A DNA stretch of 64,000 nt from contig CM120647.1 of NCBI GenBank assembly GCA_051362555.1, forward strand, positions 620,001 to 684,000. Direction: 5' to 3'. The translations under genes were made by a program, and so were the position numbers. This stretch comes from Lingula anatina (Eukaryota > Animalia > Brachiopoda). Each line of letters begins with the position of its first letter. Position 1 is the first letter of the stretch. Under the pieces are notes generated by a model. It ran no database searches, was not told where the DNA came from, and saw only the letters and a list, made by a program, of their open reading frames with translations. This document shows positions 37,430 through 51,045 of the stretch, piece after piece.

Positions 37430-38246
37430 TGTTACTGCCAGAGCAGTGTTTTATATATAAATTTTATTTCTTTACTTCGGACGCGCTACTCACTTGTTTG
37501 TCGCATCGGTGTTGAATAACAATTGTTTTTAGCGCGCTTATGATAATGATGGGATAGAATGTGATTCCATGTGGAATGAGATCGGCTGATATTAAATGCT
37601 GAGACAGCCGTAATTACAAGTGTTTTTGTAACAGGAATCTGGCCCATAAGGTTAGCAATTAATTTTAAGTTATGAAAGTTCATTTAAAGATAATTGCGAG
37701 AAGATAAAATTAGTTTTCCATTGTAAACTGCAACTTTGAGTAGCGTTAGAAATGACGGTCTGATGTACAATGCACAGTACATGTAACACAATCACTGTGC
37801 CTTTCAGTATTGGAGTAAAGAAAGTTCAGTAAAGTGTAGTGTATTGTTTAGAAACGAGAATGTAGCTGTACTAGTTGCGAGTTAAAGATTGTTTGTTTTA
37901 TGTTCGTAATCAATGTTATTTTTAAAAGCGTATTTTTTCATTGTGTTAGTTGCGCCAGATGAGATCTACTACACAATCATTTAGAACCTAGTCGCTTGCA
38001 TTACACTAGAATAGCCCAAAGTCGGTAAGAGTTACTTATATTTTGGAGATAAAGATAGGATAACATGCAACTGTTAAGTAAAGATGTTATTTAAGCGACT
38101 TAATAGCATTATATAAAAGAACTAGGGCAAGAATATGAGATGAATTTCTTATTTTATTTCAATTATTTTTCAGTTGACGGTTTAATAAATCAGTAAAAAC
38201 GACGCAAAGCTGTTGTTGTTGTGTGTGAGTATTGCAAGTGGCTACA
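37430..38246 (+). repeat. BEL2 3' LTR (817 bp, uninterrupted)
   Basis: TG...CA, AATAAA near the end; colinear with the 5' LTR pieces, which lack ~235 bp corresponding to ~37666-37900. Confidence 0.95.
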
Positions 38247-38739
38247 GCATGCAGTTCAAATTAGAAAGCCAGGTCAAATGGGTTATCATTTATTATTGAA
38301 TTTATGCAATTTTGTGTGAAATTGTCATTTTTCTCATTCTGGCACTTTCTAAGTATAAACTTGAACTCTGATGTGCCTGAAGCCTTATGCATTTACTTTC
38401 ATCCGTGTCACCTGTTCTGCATAATTAAAATTTGATATTGACTGTGCAGTTAAACATAATGTATTATTGCATCAGAATTGGTAGTCTCCTATTTTGTACA
38501 TTTTCTTGTGCTTTTCTTAAGATGTGACTTATGGGCCTGAAAGACCTTTGAGAGGGTCAGTCTGTTAATATCCCTTGGGTATCACTTAGCTAATTTCTGA
38601 GTTATAAAGTCATTTGCCTAATTGATAGGCCATTAGAGGAGATTACATACAGCACACTTGTTGATATTTCCTTGTAAACTCCCAAAAGTTAAGCTCTCTG
38701 CTAGATTAATCATAAGGAAGCAGTGATAATTATGCAGGT

Positions 38740-38742
<3 letters not shown>

Positions 38743-38786
<44 letters not shown>
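38743..38786. repeat. (TA)n microsatellite
   Basis: Direct reading. Confidence 0.95.
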
Positions 38787-38788
<2 letters not shown>

Positions 38789-38830
38789 CAAAGATTAAAA
38801 ATTTAAATAGCAGCTTCATTGAAATTATAT

Positions 38831-39054
38831 TTACCTCAGGCTCTGCCAAGGAGGTTATATTTTCACCCCTGTTTGTCTGTCATCAACATAGCTCAAAAAG
38901 TTATGGACCAATTTTGCTGACATTTTCAGGAACTGTCAGAAGTGGGCCAAAGAGGACAATGATTAGTTTTTAGTGGTGGTCTGGCTCAATAATCAATCAA
39001 TAATCAACAATTGCTGCCTTGGCATAGGTCTGCACTCTTGATGGTTTTCTAGTT
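38831..39054 (+). mobile_element. Short HINE/Helentron-type element (family C)
   Basis: TTACCTC..TGCCAAGGAGGTTAT...TGTCTGT at the 5' end and CCTTGGCATAGGT plus hairpin plus CTAGTT at the 3' end; absent at the equivalent position of HINE-A copy 3 (~47345). Confidence 0.7.
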
Positions 39055-39684
39055 TTGTTATGTTTTCCTTTACAATTTTTTCTCAAACACTTGCATTTGT
39101 GACTTTTAACTCGCCGCTCGAGGCTCTGCACATTTTCTGTATATCCACATAAGCAGTTGTATTGTTTTTTATGTCTTTAAACATTATATAATATTATTTT
39201 ATGCACTGTCATCATTTTTCAAATATTGAGACTTTCATCATGTGACTTTGGTCTCTCATGGTCCTGAAACTGTAATCTTATTGAAGGGGTGGATTGAGAC
39301 CATCTTCTGGGTCTTCTGGAAGACAGGTTATTAAGTTTATATTGACCGGTATCTATTTTTTTCTGTTGGAAGACCATCAAAATGGAGGATGGATCAACAT
39401 AGATACTTTGGAATACTGTCAGAAAATATCTCAGGGTCCGCTCCTGTTATTGACCATGTTACCTGTTGTGCATAATTAAAATTCAGTGTTGACTGACAGT
39501 GCTATTATAAGCATTATTTATTATTGCATCAAAATTGACAAAATGACCTTTTTTTGCATCTTCATTTTCTGTTTTTTGTCTGTACATTTGACAGCTTTGC
39601 TGCCTTGTTCCTATTTGCAGTGTGATGCAATATAACAAATCTGTCCTGATTTGGTGAACACATTATATCTTTTCACTGCTACAG

Positions 39685-39951
39685 GGCCAGTCAAACCGAC
39701 AGATGTGAAGGTTATGGATCAGCCATCTCCAGAAGCAGCCGCCATTCAGTGGGAGCCTCCTGCATGCCATGTAGATCACTACCGGCTTGAATACAAAGCA
39801 GATAAAGGGCAGCCAGTGATTGACAACATACCTAACACGGAATCGACCTGTACGTTATCTGGTCTTATCCCTGGAACTGAGTATACCGTTTCCCTATGCT
39901 GCATAAGCCACAGAAAAGAGAGTGAAAAATACATGTTCACATTTACAACAG
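39685..39951 (+). CDS. Fibronectin type III domain exon 1 (phase 1-1) of a multi-FN3 host gene
   Basis: cag/gtatgt splice sites, 267 nt; PVKPTDVKV...IQWEPP...YRLEY...LSGLIPGTEYTVSL...FTT. Confidence 0.93.
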
Positions 39952-40010
39952 GTATGTTGCAGTTATATCAAACATATCCAAAATAACACACATTGCAAAA
40001 TAACACACGT

Positions 40011-41080
40011 TTTTATGTACAGACACAGATGTGTCTGTACATTAAGCCGACACCTGTATCTGTCGTCGCCGTCGTCAAACCAATGAAGCTGATTTTTACA
40101 CTCAACCTGTATTTTAGTAAGATTGAGACGATATACTTATTTTATTACTTTCCCTTGAAGTGCGTTTTCAGTGTTGCATATATGCTGAAGAAAGCAACAA
40201 CAACAACAGCATTACTTTTAAAAAATGGTTTTCAAACTTGACCTGCGTATTATAAATATTCATCAGTTCTGTAAGTTTCAAGTCCACTTATCATGTTATT
40301 AGTATTGCATATATCCTGGAAAAAGTGAAAAAAAACAACATAACATTTTCGAAAATGGCCCAATCATGCTTATTTTCGAACTTGACCTGCATATTACGAA
40401 AAAAATTCATCAGTTCTGTTAGTTTCAAGCCAAAAAGTAAAATAGTTTTCCACTTATCGTGTTATCGGTGAAAGTTCATGAATGTCTAAATTATTAGTGG
40501 CACTTAATTAATAATCAGTGATAATTATGCAGATAAATTTTGTTTCATATTGCAAAGTTTACAGAAGAAAAAACGTCACTGTATAATGCCAACATTAATG
40601 GTGTAGATGAATAACAGTGCTTTATTATCCTCAAACTCAATGGGGTTATTGATATCATGTTAATACAGCTGGATTTAAGTTTGAATAGCAGCTTTATTGA
40701 AATATTTTTTATGTTTTTAAAAAAATTTTTTTTTCAAACATGGCATTTTCAAATGTGACTTCCACCTGCAGCATTGTGCATTCTCTGCATTTTCTTAACC
40801 TTACAGGAAAGAAACAAGACTAAAATGCATCCTGAGTTGGAAAAGCAGTTAGATTGGCTTCTTTTTCTTTTGTACATTTTTCTGAAATTTTTATCTTTCA
40901 CATAAAAAAAAAAAAAAAAAAACACTTAATGCACTGCCACCAAAAAAAGAAAACTTTGTTACTAGTATTTCTAATATTTGTATCTTACAAGAATGATTTT
41001 TAGGATTAACATACAACTCAAATTAGAAAACCAGCTCTATTGGACTATCATTTTTTTAAAATTGAATATATTATATTTAT
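40011..41080 (+). mobile_element. HINE family A copy 2 (rearranged, truncated)
   Basis: Same 5' hairpin ATGTACAGACACAGATGTGTCTGTACAT at 40015; the internal 161-bp units are inverted here. Confidence 0.65.
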
Positions 41081-42084
41081 ATTTTGTACCACCAGTGTAG
41101 GCGCTGGCGGTACACATGGTTTTAGTCCCGACCCGTATGTTCCGCCGGCTCTGCCGGCTCCTGCGGCTCCGCCACCAAGTCACCGTTACCACTTCTCCTC
41201 CTAGACGGTAAGGGCCCCCTTACCCATCTCTTGGATTTAGGTCACCTATAATCTCAACTTGTTCCACGGAAAATTTGGGCTTTGTCGGTTTTGGGGTCTA
41301 GGTGTGGCACTCATTGCAATGCACCCTTGTCCAAAAATGGCAAAATTAAATGCTAATTATCTACCCTATGGAAGGAATTATGGGAAAATTTTCTACAGAC
41401 GGCTTCCCAAAAGTCATATGTGTAGATTTCAAATATGCCCTTGGATTTGACCTATGACCTTTATTTCAAGGTCAAACGGGCCAAAATTTTCAAAGAAATT
41501 AATTTTTTACGAAAAAATAATTATTTGCGCTGTTATTCAGACACTACACAGACTTAACCAATAATATAATTGGAAAGTGTTACCTTTCAGGTCATCTTTC
41601 ATCTCTGTGAATTTGGGGTCAATCAGTGCATTTTCACATGAGTAGTGGCCATAAGATATCGAAACTGAAAACTGTCTCTAATTTGGGAACCGTTTAAGCT
41701 AGAGACCTATTCTTTTTTGCATTTTGTAGAGCATGTAAAGCCCAACACTGAGAGTGGTCTCCGATTCTTTGTATTCCATACGGTTTTCGAGTAACACTGT
41801 ATCAAAAAGTACATATTGGTGGTGAAAGCAAAATGTGCAGTACGGTAATGGATAATAAATTTTGAACCCCAGAAAAACTAGAGGATCAGAGAGACGATAC
41901 TGCCTCCAAATTTTGTACCACCAGCTGGAGCAAGCGCATTCGTATAGACCCCCACATACACAAAATAAGGGACACAGCTACCAGTCTTTTGCTTGACAAG
42001 CTGTAAAAATGCAATCAACAAGAATTTTCAAAATATGCAAAAAATATATATATATAACTTAAAATGGTACAATCAAAGTTAACT

Positions 42085-44428
42085 TTATCAAAAGGTAGGT
42101 CAAAGGTCAATTTCACAGTAAGATTGCCAGTATATGACCTCCTATTCAAGTTCAATAGTAACTATGGACCTATCTCTGCCAGGTTAGGAGTTAAAAGAGA
42201 AAGAAATTAGCAGAGTTCAGTTCATGGTGAAAAGTAGGTCAAAGGTCAATTTTAAGGTCACATTTAGATTGCCAGTATATGACTTCCTATTCAACTTCAA
42301 TAGTAACTATAGACCTATCTCTGCCAGTTTTGGAGATAAAAGGGAAGCAAAATTTGTAAAGTTCAGTTCATGGTGAAAAGTAGGTCAAAGGTCAATTTTA
42401 AGGTCACATTAAGATTGCCAGTATATGGCTTCCTATTCAACTTCAATAGTAACTATGGACCTATCTCTGCCAGTTTTGGAGATAAAAGGGAAGCAAAATT
42501 TGCAAAGTTCAGTACATGGTAAAAAGTAGGTCAAAGGTCAATTTTAAGGTCACATTCAGATTACCAGTATATGACTTCCTATTCAACTTCAATAGTAACT
42601 ATGGACCTATCTCTGCCAGTTTTGGAGATAAAAGGGAAGCAAAATTTGCAAAGTTCAGTTCCATTCCGAACTCCTCGACAATTTCTGGCTATCTTCCGAA
42701 CGCCTTGAAACTAGTCTCGGATGTATGACTGTAAAAAATGTCGCCTACGCACAACATATGTGATCAGGTCAAGAACCCGGATGGACGGCACTGCATCACT
42801 AATGTATACCGCAATCAAAACAATATAGTTCCCCCAAAACACGTGGATCTAACAAATATGGCGTCACCTGATCAGAAATGTTGTGCGTAGGAAATTTTTT
42901 ACTGTCATACATCCGAGACTAGTTTCAAGGCATTCGGAAGATAGCCGGAAATTGTCGAGGAGTTCTGAATGTCCTGTCAGGGCGCCGCCATGTTTATTAT
43001 TGTTTACATCCGGTTATCTAGAGTAGTTTGCACTACTTCCAAAATGGCGACGACTGTCATACGGCCGAGATATGATGACGCAGGAATCAATCGACGGTGA
43101 GCCGAGTGGTTCAGTTCATGGTGAAAAGTAGGTCAAAGGTCAATTTCAAGGTCACATTTTGATTGCCAGTGTATGACTTCCTATTCAAGTTCAATAGTAA
43201 CTATGGACATATCTCTGCCAGTTTTGGAGATAAAAGGGAAGCAAAATTTGCAAAGTTCAGTACATGGTAAAAAGTAGGTCAAAGGTCAATTTTAAGGTCA
43301 CATTAAGATTACCAGTATATGACTTCCTATTCAACTTCAATAGTAACTTTGGACCTATCTCTGCCAGTTTGGGAGATAAAAAGGGAAGCAAAATTTGCAA
43401 AGTTCAGTTCATGATGAAAAGTGGGTCAAAGGTCAATTGCAAGGTCACATATAGATTGCCAGTGTATGACTTCCTATTCAAGTTCAATAGTAACTATGGA
43501 CCTATCTCTGCCAGTTTTGGATATGAAAGGGAAGCAAAATTTGCAAAGTTCAGTTCATGGTAAAAAGGAGGTCAAAGGTCAATTTCAAGGTCACATTTAG
43601 ATTGCCAGTATATGACTTCCTATTCATGTTCAATAGTAACTATGGACCTATCTCTGCCAGTTTTGGTGATAAAAGGGAAGCAAAATTTGCAAAGTTCAGT
43701 ACATGGTAAAAAATAGGTCAAAGGTCAATTTTAAGGTCACATTAAGATTACCAGTATATGACTTCATATTCAAGTTCAATAGTAACTATGGACCTATCTC
43801 TGCCAGTTTTGGAGATAAAAGGGAAGCAAAATTTGCTAAGTTTAGTTCATGGTGAAAAGTAGGTCAAATGTCAATTTCAAGGTCACATTTTGATTGCCAG
43901 TATATGACTTTCTATTCAAGTTCAGTAGTAACTATGGACCTATCTCTGCCAGATTTGGAGATAAAAGGGCAGCAAAATTTGCAAAGTTCAATTCATGGTG
44001 AAAAGTAGGTCAGAGGTCAATTTCAAGGTCACATTTAGATTGCCAGTGTATGACTTCCTATTTAAGTTCAATAGTAACTATGGACCTATCTCTGCCAGAT
44101 TTTGAGATAAAAGGGAAGCAAAATTTGCAGAGTTCAGTTCATGGTGAGAGGTAGGTCAAAGGTCAATTTCAAGGTCACATTTGGATTGCCAGTATATGTC
44201 TTCCTATTCAAGTTCAATAGTAACTATGGACCTATCTCTGCCAGTTTTGGAGATAAAAGGGAAGCAAAATTTGCAAAGGTTAGTTCATGGTGAAAAGTAG
44301 GTCAAAGGTCAATTTCAAGGTCACATTTAGATTGCCAGTGTATGACTTCCTATTCAAGTTCAATAGTAACTATGGACCTATCTCTGCCAGTTTTGGAGAT
44401 AAAAGGGCAGCAAAATTTGCAAAGTTCA
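42085..44428. repeat. 146-bp tandem (satellite-like) array, about 13 units, continuing at 50843-51048
   Basis: Unit marker ATGGTRAAAAGTAGGTCAAAGGTCA at 42224, 42370, 42516 (period 146). Confidence 0.96.
42662..43108. mobile_element. Palindromic MITE-like insertion in the satellite
   Basis: Flanked by duplicated GTTCAGTTC (7-9 bp depending on end placement); ~108-bp inverted arms at 42662-42770 and 42866-42971. Confidence 0.8.
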
Positions 44429-44990
44429 GGGGCCGTATTCTCGAAAGGTTGTATCTTACAAATTCTTGCAACTTTTCACGTAAGTCCGATCCTTCACGTA
44501 AGTTGGTATTCTCGAAGGTTTGTAAGTTACAAACTCTTGTAAATATGCACGTAAAATTACAACTGCCTCCGACCTGTTGTAAGTCGCTACGAAAAGTTGT
44601 ACGCATGCGCACTTGGTGAAAAGTTGAGGAGAAAGTGTTTTCTGCTGAAATTTTATGCTCCTGTTTATTGTTGGATATTTTTGACAGCAAACAAAATTAT
44701 TAAACCATGGATCTGTTATTATAGGCGAGAAAGGTTAACCTTTCGGATATTTCAGGTTAGTTTCCTAAAGTTAACGATTTAGATGAGAATAAGACGTTTA
44801 TGTCGATCACGTAATCGCAACTTGTCAGTTTGGTATGGTGTCCGAAATTTTTAATTAAAACGACAAATGATATATAAGTGTTGTGAGAAAGCCAAGTTAA
44901 TGAGCTTTTTGGCGATATAAAACACTTAAGTTGTTACTCAAAATTAATCAATTGAGCCGCGGTTGAATTTCAGATTCTGAATCTTCGACT

Positions 44991-47189
44991 TTTTATGTAC
45001 AGACACAGATGTGTCTGTACATATAGCCATCACCTGCGTCTGTCGTTGCTGTCGCCGTTGCTGTCGCCGTCGTCGCCGTCGCCGTGCACTTTTACCGATA
45101 AAACGATTAGTGGAAAACTGTTTTTCATTTCAGCTTGAAACTTACAGAATTGATACATATTTATAATACGCAGGTCAAGTTCAAAAATCAGCATGATCGG
45201 GTCACTTGTAGGGAAGTTATGCTGTTTTTTCACTTTTTTCAGCATATATGCAGCACCGATAACACGATAAGTGGAAAACCATTTTAGTTTTTGGCTTGAA
45301 ACTTACAAAACTGATGAATATTCATAATACGCAGGTCAAGTTCGAAAATCAGCATGATCGAGCCATATTTGTGGAAGTTATTCTATTTTTTCATTTTTTT
45401 CAGCATAAATGCAACACCGATAACACGATAAGTGAAAAACCGTTTTACCTTTTGGCTTGAAACTTACAGAACTGATGAATATTCTTAATATGCAGGTCAA
45501 GTTCGAAAATCAGCATGATCGGGCCATGTTTGTGGAAGTTATGCCATTTTTTCATTTTTTTTCAGCATAAATGCAACACCGATAACACGATAAGCGAAAA
45601 ATCGTTTTACTTTTTGGCTTATAAGTTACTGAAATGATGAATATTCATAATACGCAGGTCAAGTTCGAAAATCAGTCTGATCGGGCCATTTTTATGGAAG
45701 TTATGCTGTTTTTTCACTATTTCAGCAAATGTGCAACACCGATAACACATTTCAAGGAAAATCAATTGGCTAATCGTCTTGAAATTTACAGGGGTGATCA
45801 GATTTACTAAAATACAGATGAGGTTCGAAAATAAGCTTGATCGGTTCAGTTTTGGTGAAATTGTGCCTTTTTTTGTATATAAGTCTTTTTTCCTCAGATT
45901 TAATTCTTAAGCATGTTAACAATCTCATTTGTGAACTAATTAGTAATGTAAAGGTGTTCTTTTGACATTTTCTGCATCTTAACAATATTGTTAGTTGATT
46001 ATATAAAAATGATGGTAAACCTGTTACTGTGCATTTTGTAATAAAGTGTCAAAAATGGAAATAAACTCATATCTTTACAGTTTGTCAGATTCAATCATTC
46101 ACCATGTTCAGAATCTCAGAATGGAACAAATTGGACATTTAAAATTGTTCTATTGATATTTTTCCTATGTCAACAACTTTCTTAGTTGATCATTTAAAAA
46201 CGACAGTAAATTGATTATTTTGATATATGTAAAAAAAAGTGTTGAAAGTGGAAAGAAATTCATTTCAGTACAGTTATCTCTTGTGTACATTTTGGCATTT
46301 TGAAGTTGTGACTCTGAACTTCTATGGCCCTGAAGACCTTTCCATATCAAATTTTCTGAATATCCATGATACTTTTATTTTATTATTAAAAATTGATGGT
46401 CATTATGCTGTTAAGCATTATGTAATATTGCATCAAAATTGAAGACAACCCCATTTTAGACAATGCCTCCATAGTGACCATTAAAGGAAAACCAAGTCAC
46501 TTACTCTTCTCAAACTTACAGAAATGTAGCATAGCACTAAATTATAGCTTCAGTTGGAAAACCTGTTATATTGGTTAACTTTCTTGGAAATTATATAGTT
46601 TTTTGTTACAATTAAAAATTTCACATATGGACATTTTCAAGGTGTGACTTAGTCTTTGAACTTCCATTGGCTTGAATACCATTGCTAGTCACATCTTTTG
46701 AATAGCTATGATACATTTTCTTTATTATTAAAAATTGATGGCCATTGTGCTGTTAAGCATTATGTTAAATTGCATAAAAGATGAAAAAAAAAAACCTTTT
46801 TTGGACATCGCTGCTGGGATGACCATTAAGGAAAAACCATTTTACTTATGATATTCTAACTTACTGAAAAGTTTCATAGGACTGAAGTGTAGCTTGTGTT
46901 GGAAATCAGTGTGATTGTTTTCTGTTTTGGCAGCTCTATGGAGTGCTATATGGGGCTGCTGTTTATGGATGGTGGTAATTGTCCCTTGGGATAATCACTA
47001 GCTAAATTCAGAGCTATAAAATTACTTGCCTAATTGATTTTCAAGTGCCCATTAAATAAGATTACATAAAACACACGTTGAGATTTCCCATTCAAGTCCT
47101 ATAGGTTAAGCTCTCTTAACTGTGTCACATAATTAGGGATTGGTGCTAATTATGCAGGTAAATGTTGTTTAATATTGCAAATAAGTTTA

Positions 47190-47224
<35 letters not shown>

Positions 47225-47910
47225 TGCAATGCCAACATTAATGCTATAGATGAATAACAGTGCCTTATTATCCTCAAACACATTGGGATTATTCATATCA
47301 TGTTAATACAGCAAGATTAAATGTTTGAATAGCAGCTTTATTGGAAAATTTTTTTTTATTTGTGTTTTCTTTTTAATTTTTTTCTAAACACTGGCATTTT
47401 CAACTCCCATCCACCTGAAGCTCTTCAGATTTTCTGTATTTCCACATAAGCAGTTGCATAGGTTTTTATGTCTTTAAACATTATGTAACATTATTTTATG
47501 CACTGTCAACATTTTTCAAATATTGGGATTTTCATTATGTGAATTTGAACTCTCATGGTCCAGAAACTATAATCTTATTGCAGGGGTGGATTGAGGCCGT
47601 CTTCTGGGTCTTTCAGATGACGGTCAGATTTTAGAGTTTACATTGACTGGTATCAATTTTTTTCTGTTGGAAGACCATCAAAAGTGTAGGATGGATCAAC
47701 AAATATAGTTTGGAATACTGTCAGAAAATACCTCTGGATCTGCTCCTGTTATTGAGCACGTTACCTGTTGTGCATGATTAAAATTCAGTGTTGATTGACA
47801 GTGCTATTATAAGCATTATTTATTATTGCATCAAAATTGACAAAATGACCTATTTTGCATCTTTATTTTCTGTTTTTTGTCTGTACATTTGACAGCTTTG
47901 CTGCCTTGTT
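44991..47910 (+). mobile_element. HINE family A copy 3 (complete, ~2.9 kb)
   Basis: 5' hairpin at 44995, (GTCGCC)n microsatellite, 161-bp units (CAGGTCAAG at 45171, 45332, 45493, 45655), 3' TGTCTGTACATTTGACAGCTTTGCTGCCTTGTT. Confidence 0.85.
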
Positions 47911-49936
47911 TTAGGATGGAGATACATGTTTAGTCAGTGAATTAATTAAAATTATACCAGAACACCAAGTTAATTAGATGAGGTTTTGTTTGGAGGAAAA
48001 TTATCTTTCAACTGATGTATAATGTTTGCTGTCATTGTATTATTTACAAAAATTCTGTGAGATTTTGTCGTGAAGGTGTGTCTGAAAATCGCCATTTTTT
48101 TCGGCAATTCATTGACTCAGGTTCTTATGCCTCTATTCCATACATGTGGTGGAGAAAACATCTGTCTTACACATCACAAAAAAGCACATTTCAAATGCTT
48201 TAAAATGATATGCTGCACACCATGTATCAAAAAGTATCAAAAGGCTGCCAAAGGAATTGAAAAGTGTACATAAAATGTTGCAAATGTTGACCCCCTTTCT
48301 GGCAACGTGGTGACCTCGATCAGCTGATGGATGCTTTAAAAATATGTATAAGTTTCATTTACTTCATTTTGTAGGTTTTGTAAATAATAATGAAGTGGCA
48401 GCTTTCAGTGATTATTATAATGACTTATCATCTACTTTCTAATGATTTTAGATATTTAAATAGTATTTTGATTAATTTAAAAGGCTCGTTTTATCCATTT
48501 AAATGAAGGAGATCCAGTTCAAATAATGAGGTAGTCATCATTGATGGAAAAAACAAATGACTTAAAACTGTTTTAAATACCCCCAAAGACTTACTTGTAA
48601 TGTGCGGGTTAGCAAAAGATTGTACATGTTGGCATTTGTGATAGTTTTCCACTTATGGCTTTCCTTGCAAAATATTGTGCTTATTAAAAAGTTACAGAGT
48701 AAACTGACACACGCTTAGGTTACACTTGATACAGACAATTGTAGCTGTTTTCTTACTACTATTTCATTTTTGAAATTGATTCCATATTGCAAAGTTAAGT
48801 CCTTGCATTTATTTAGTACCATGTACTTGCTGCAGTCCTAGGCAAAATAAAACCAGAATACACCTTAATTAAATATTTTTGCCAAAGGAATCACTGTATT
48901 TCATTATTAAACTTCTATTTTAAAGTAAAACATTTCAGTCTTTTGCAATAATAATGAATGTAAAAAGATTTTTTTATTTATCATAATAATAACATAATAA
49001 TAACTTTAAGTTTAAGGATAAAGAATTAATTTGCATTTCTTATCACAATTTTTATGGCTAAAACTAAAATTGCATGTACTTTACAGTGAATTTCATTCTA
49101 TTTGCAGGTAACTGAATTATTCAATTTGAGTAAACAAATAAAAACATCTTATAATTATGCTTTGAAGTATATCTCAGCTTATATCTCTAGCTTATAATTA
49201 GTAGTCACAGAGCAAGTCGGTTTTAGGGATAATTACCACCTTTTACTTTATATTTCATTTTTTATGAGCTATCATAGATGTTTGTATAACTTTCTATGAT
49301 TAAAGTGTGCAAAGTCAAGATTCATACAGGAACACTAAGGACAAATTTAAGGATTTTATAGGAATTTTGAGACTTTAATTCAATTACTATTCAAGGACTC
49401 TGAATGCAAATGAGAACAATGTACGGTCACTCATAAGTTTACATAACAAGGAAAAAAAATATCATTTAAATTATTTTTTTACACACTAATGATAAAAAAA
49501 AAAGAAATTAAATGATGTCCAAAAAGGGTCGTCTCCCTTCCTGTGAATTACTGCCTTCATGCACCCAGGTCAAAAACTTATGTAAGATCAAATTCAAGCA
49601 CTTTTCAAGGACAAAAATGATTGAATACACCTAAAATGACATAATTTTGGGTGTACACAGCAACAGAGTCATGTGTCATTAATGTATACTGTGTCAGACA
49701 CACATAAATATACACATGCTACTTCAATCTTTGTCAAGATTTGTTAAGTCTCAGCTGCAGTGAAATAAAACAAGAACACGGGCACTTGTAAAGTATTTAC
49801 ATTGCATTTGACAACTTTTGGTGAAAAATTCAGAAGGAAAGAATATTTTTGGTTTTCAGTGAGTGTAAATTAGTAAATATTATAAATATAAAAAATACCT
49901 GAAATTATTGAAAATGTGATTGAGTACTGAGTGATC

Positions 49937-49937
<1 letters not shown>

Positions 49938-49981
<44 letters not shown>
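49938..49981. repeat. (ATT)n microsatellite
   Basis: Direct reading. Confidence 0.95.
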
Positions 49982-51045
49982 GTTTTTGTTTATTTAAAAT
50001 TTCCTTAATTTTCATTTCTTTATTGATTGCACTAACCAACCTGTAGGTACATGTTCATTTGTACCAGTGCAATGCAACTTGCATTTTTTTCTGACATGAA
50101 AAAAAAATGTGCTCACTCTTTATGGTAGCAACAAAGGTATAAAGAAAGAAATATTTCTACATTTACACCACCACCCATTAATGAATCAAATGTATTATTT
50201 ATATTAAAGGAAATGTTATTTTTGAAAAAAAAATGGGCCAACTTATTCATGTGACTTAATTTCTATTATTAATATTATTTGTGGCTTAACATGAAAATTA
50301 CATTCACTCCTCATAATAAAAATTGATATCACAGTGAATAAAAATCATTTATACCCACTCTTACTTAGTAACAAAGTTTATACATTAAAATTAAGAATAC
50401 ATTTTTTTTTTCAAATTGAATGTCATATATTGAGTGAACTTATTTGTATGACTTTGGTGTACAAAGACAGCATGAAATCCACGCAGGTGTCAAATTTGAA
50501 CAATGTGGTGAGTGTTTATAATAAACTACTTACTTTAGGGAATATAATTGAACGTTTTCATAGCAAACGTGGGGAATCCCACAAGAGGAGCCAAGTCCGA
50601 TTTCTGAGCTCGCATGTCGGAGGAAGCACATTCAATTTGAGTGGATTTTCCGATGAAAACTTGAAAGAAAATGTCGGGGCACATATTTCTGAATGATTCT
50701 CAATACATTTCAATAAATTTTCATGTCAAGATAAGCGTTTTATCGACGCAAAGCACGGCAGTGGAATACGTCGATGTGGGTTATTCATGGACTGAACGTC
50801 ACTTCCGGAAAGTTACGTGAAAAGTTACAAGAGTTTGTAAGTCCAGATTTGGAGATAAAAGGGCAGCAAAATTTGCAAAGGTTAGTTTATGGTGAAAAAT
50901 AGGTCAAAGGTCAATTTCAAGGTCACATTTAGATTGCCAGTATATGACTTTCCATTCAAGTTCCATAGTAACTATGGACCTATCTCTGCCAGTTTTGGAG
51001 AAAAAAGGGAAGCAAAATATGCAAAGTTTAGTTCATGGTGAAAAG

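Larger units (their letters stand above)
20467..38246 (+). mobile_element. BEL/Pao LTR retrotransposon 2 with a heavily interrupted 5' LTR
   Basis: LTRs TGTTACTGCC...GTGGCTACA: 5' 20467-31413 (interrupted), 3' 37430-38246. 5-bp TSD GCATG at 20462-20466 and 38247-38251. PPT-like GGCTGGGGAG before the 3' LTR. Confidence 0.96.
16897..39609 (+). mobile_element. Helentron-type non-autonomous element (HINE family A) copy 1, expanded by nested insertions
   Basis: 5' T-run plus hairpin ATGTACAGACAC-AGAT-GTGTCTGTACAT and (GTC)n at 16901; 3' subterminal TGTCTGTACAT, hairpin GACAGC-TTT-GCTGCC and TTGTT at 39577-39609. Sequence either side of the nested elements is colinear with other family A copies. 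Confidence 0.72.
44430..50842. mobile_element. PIF/Harbinger-like non-autonomous element, right terminus clipped
   Basis: Left end CAG|GGGCCGTATTCTCGAAAG; subterminal CTTACAAAYTCTTGYAACTTTTCACGTAA is inverted at ~50812-50841; interrupts the 146-bp array. Confidence 0.68.

Noticed and set aside
42516-44619. Repeated MVKSRSKVNFKVT ORFs
   Set aside because: Translations of the 146-bp non-triplet satellite unit; not genes.
47910-50700. Harbinger transposase remnants
   Set aside because: Only faint motif resemblance on the minus strand (~50060-50090); no convincing DDE motifs or ORF.
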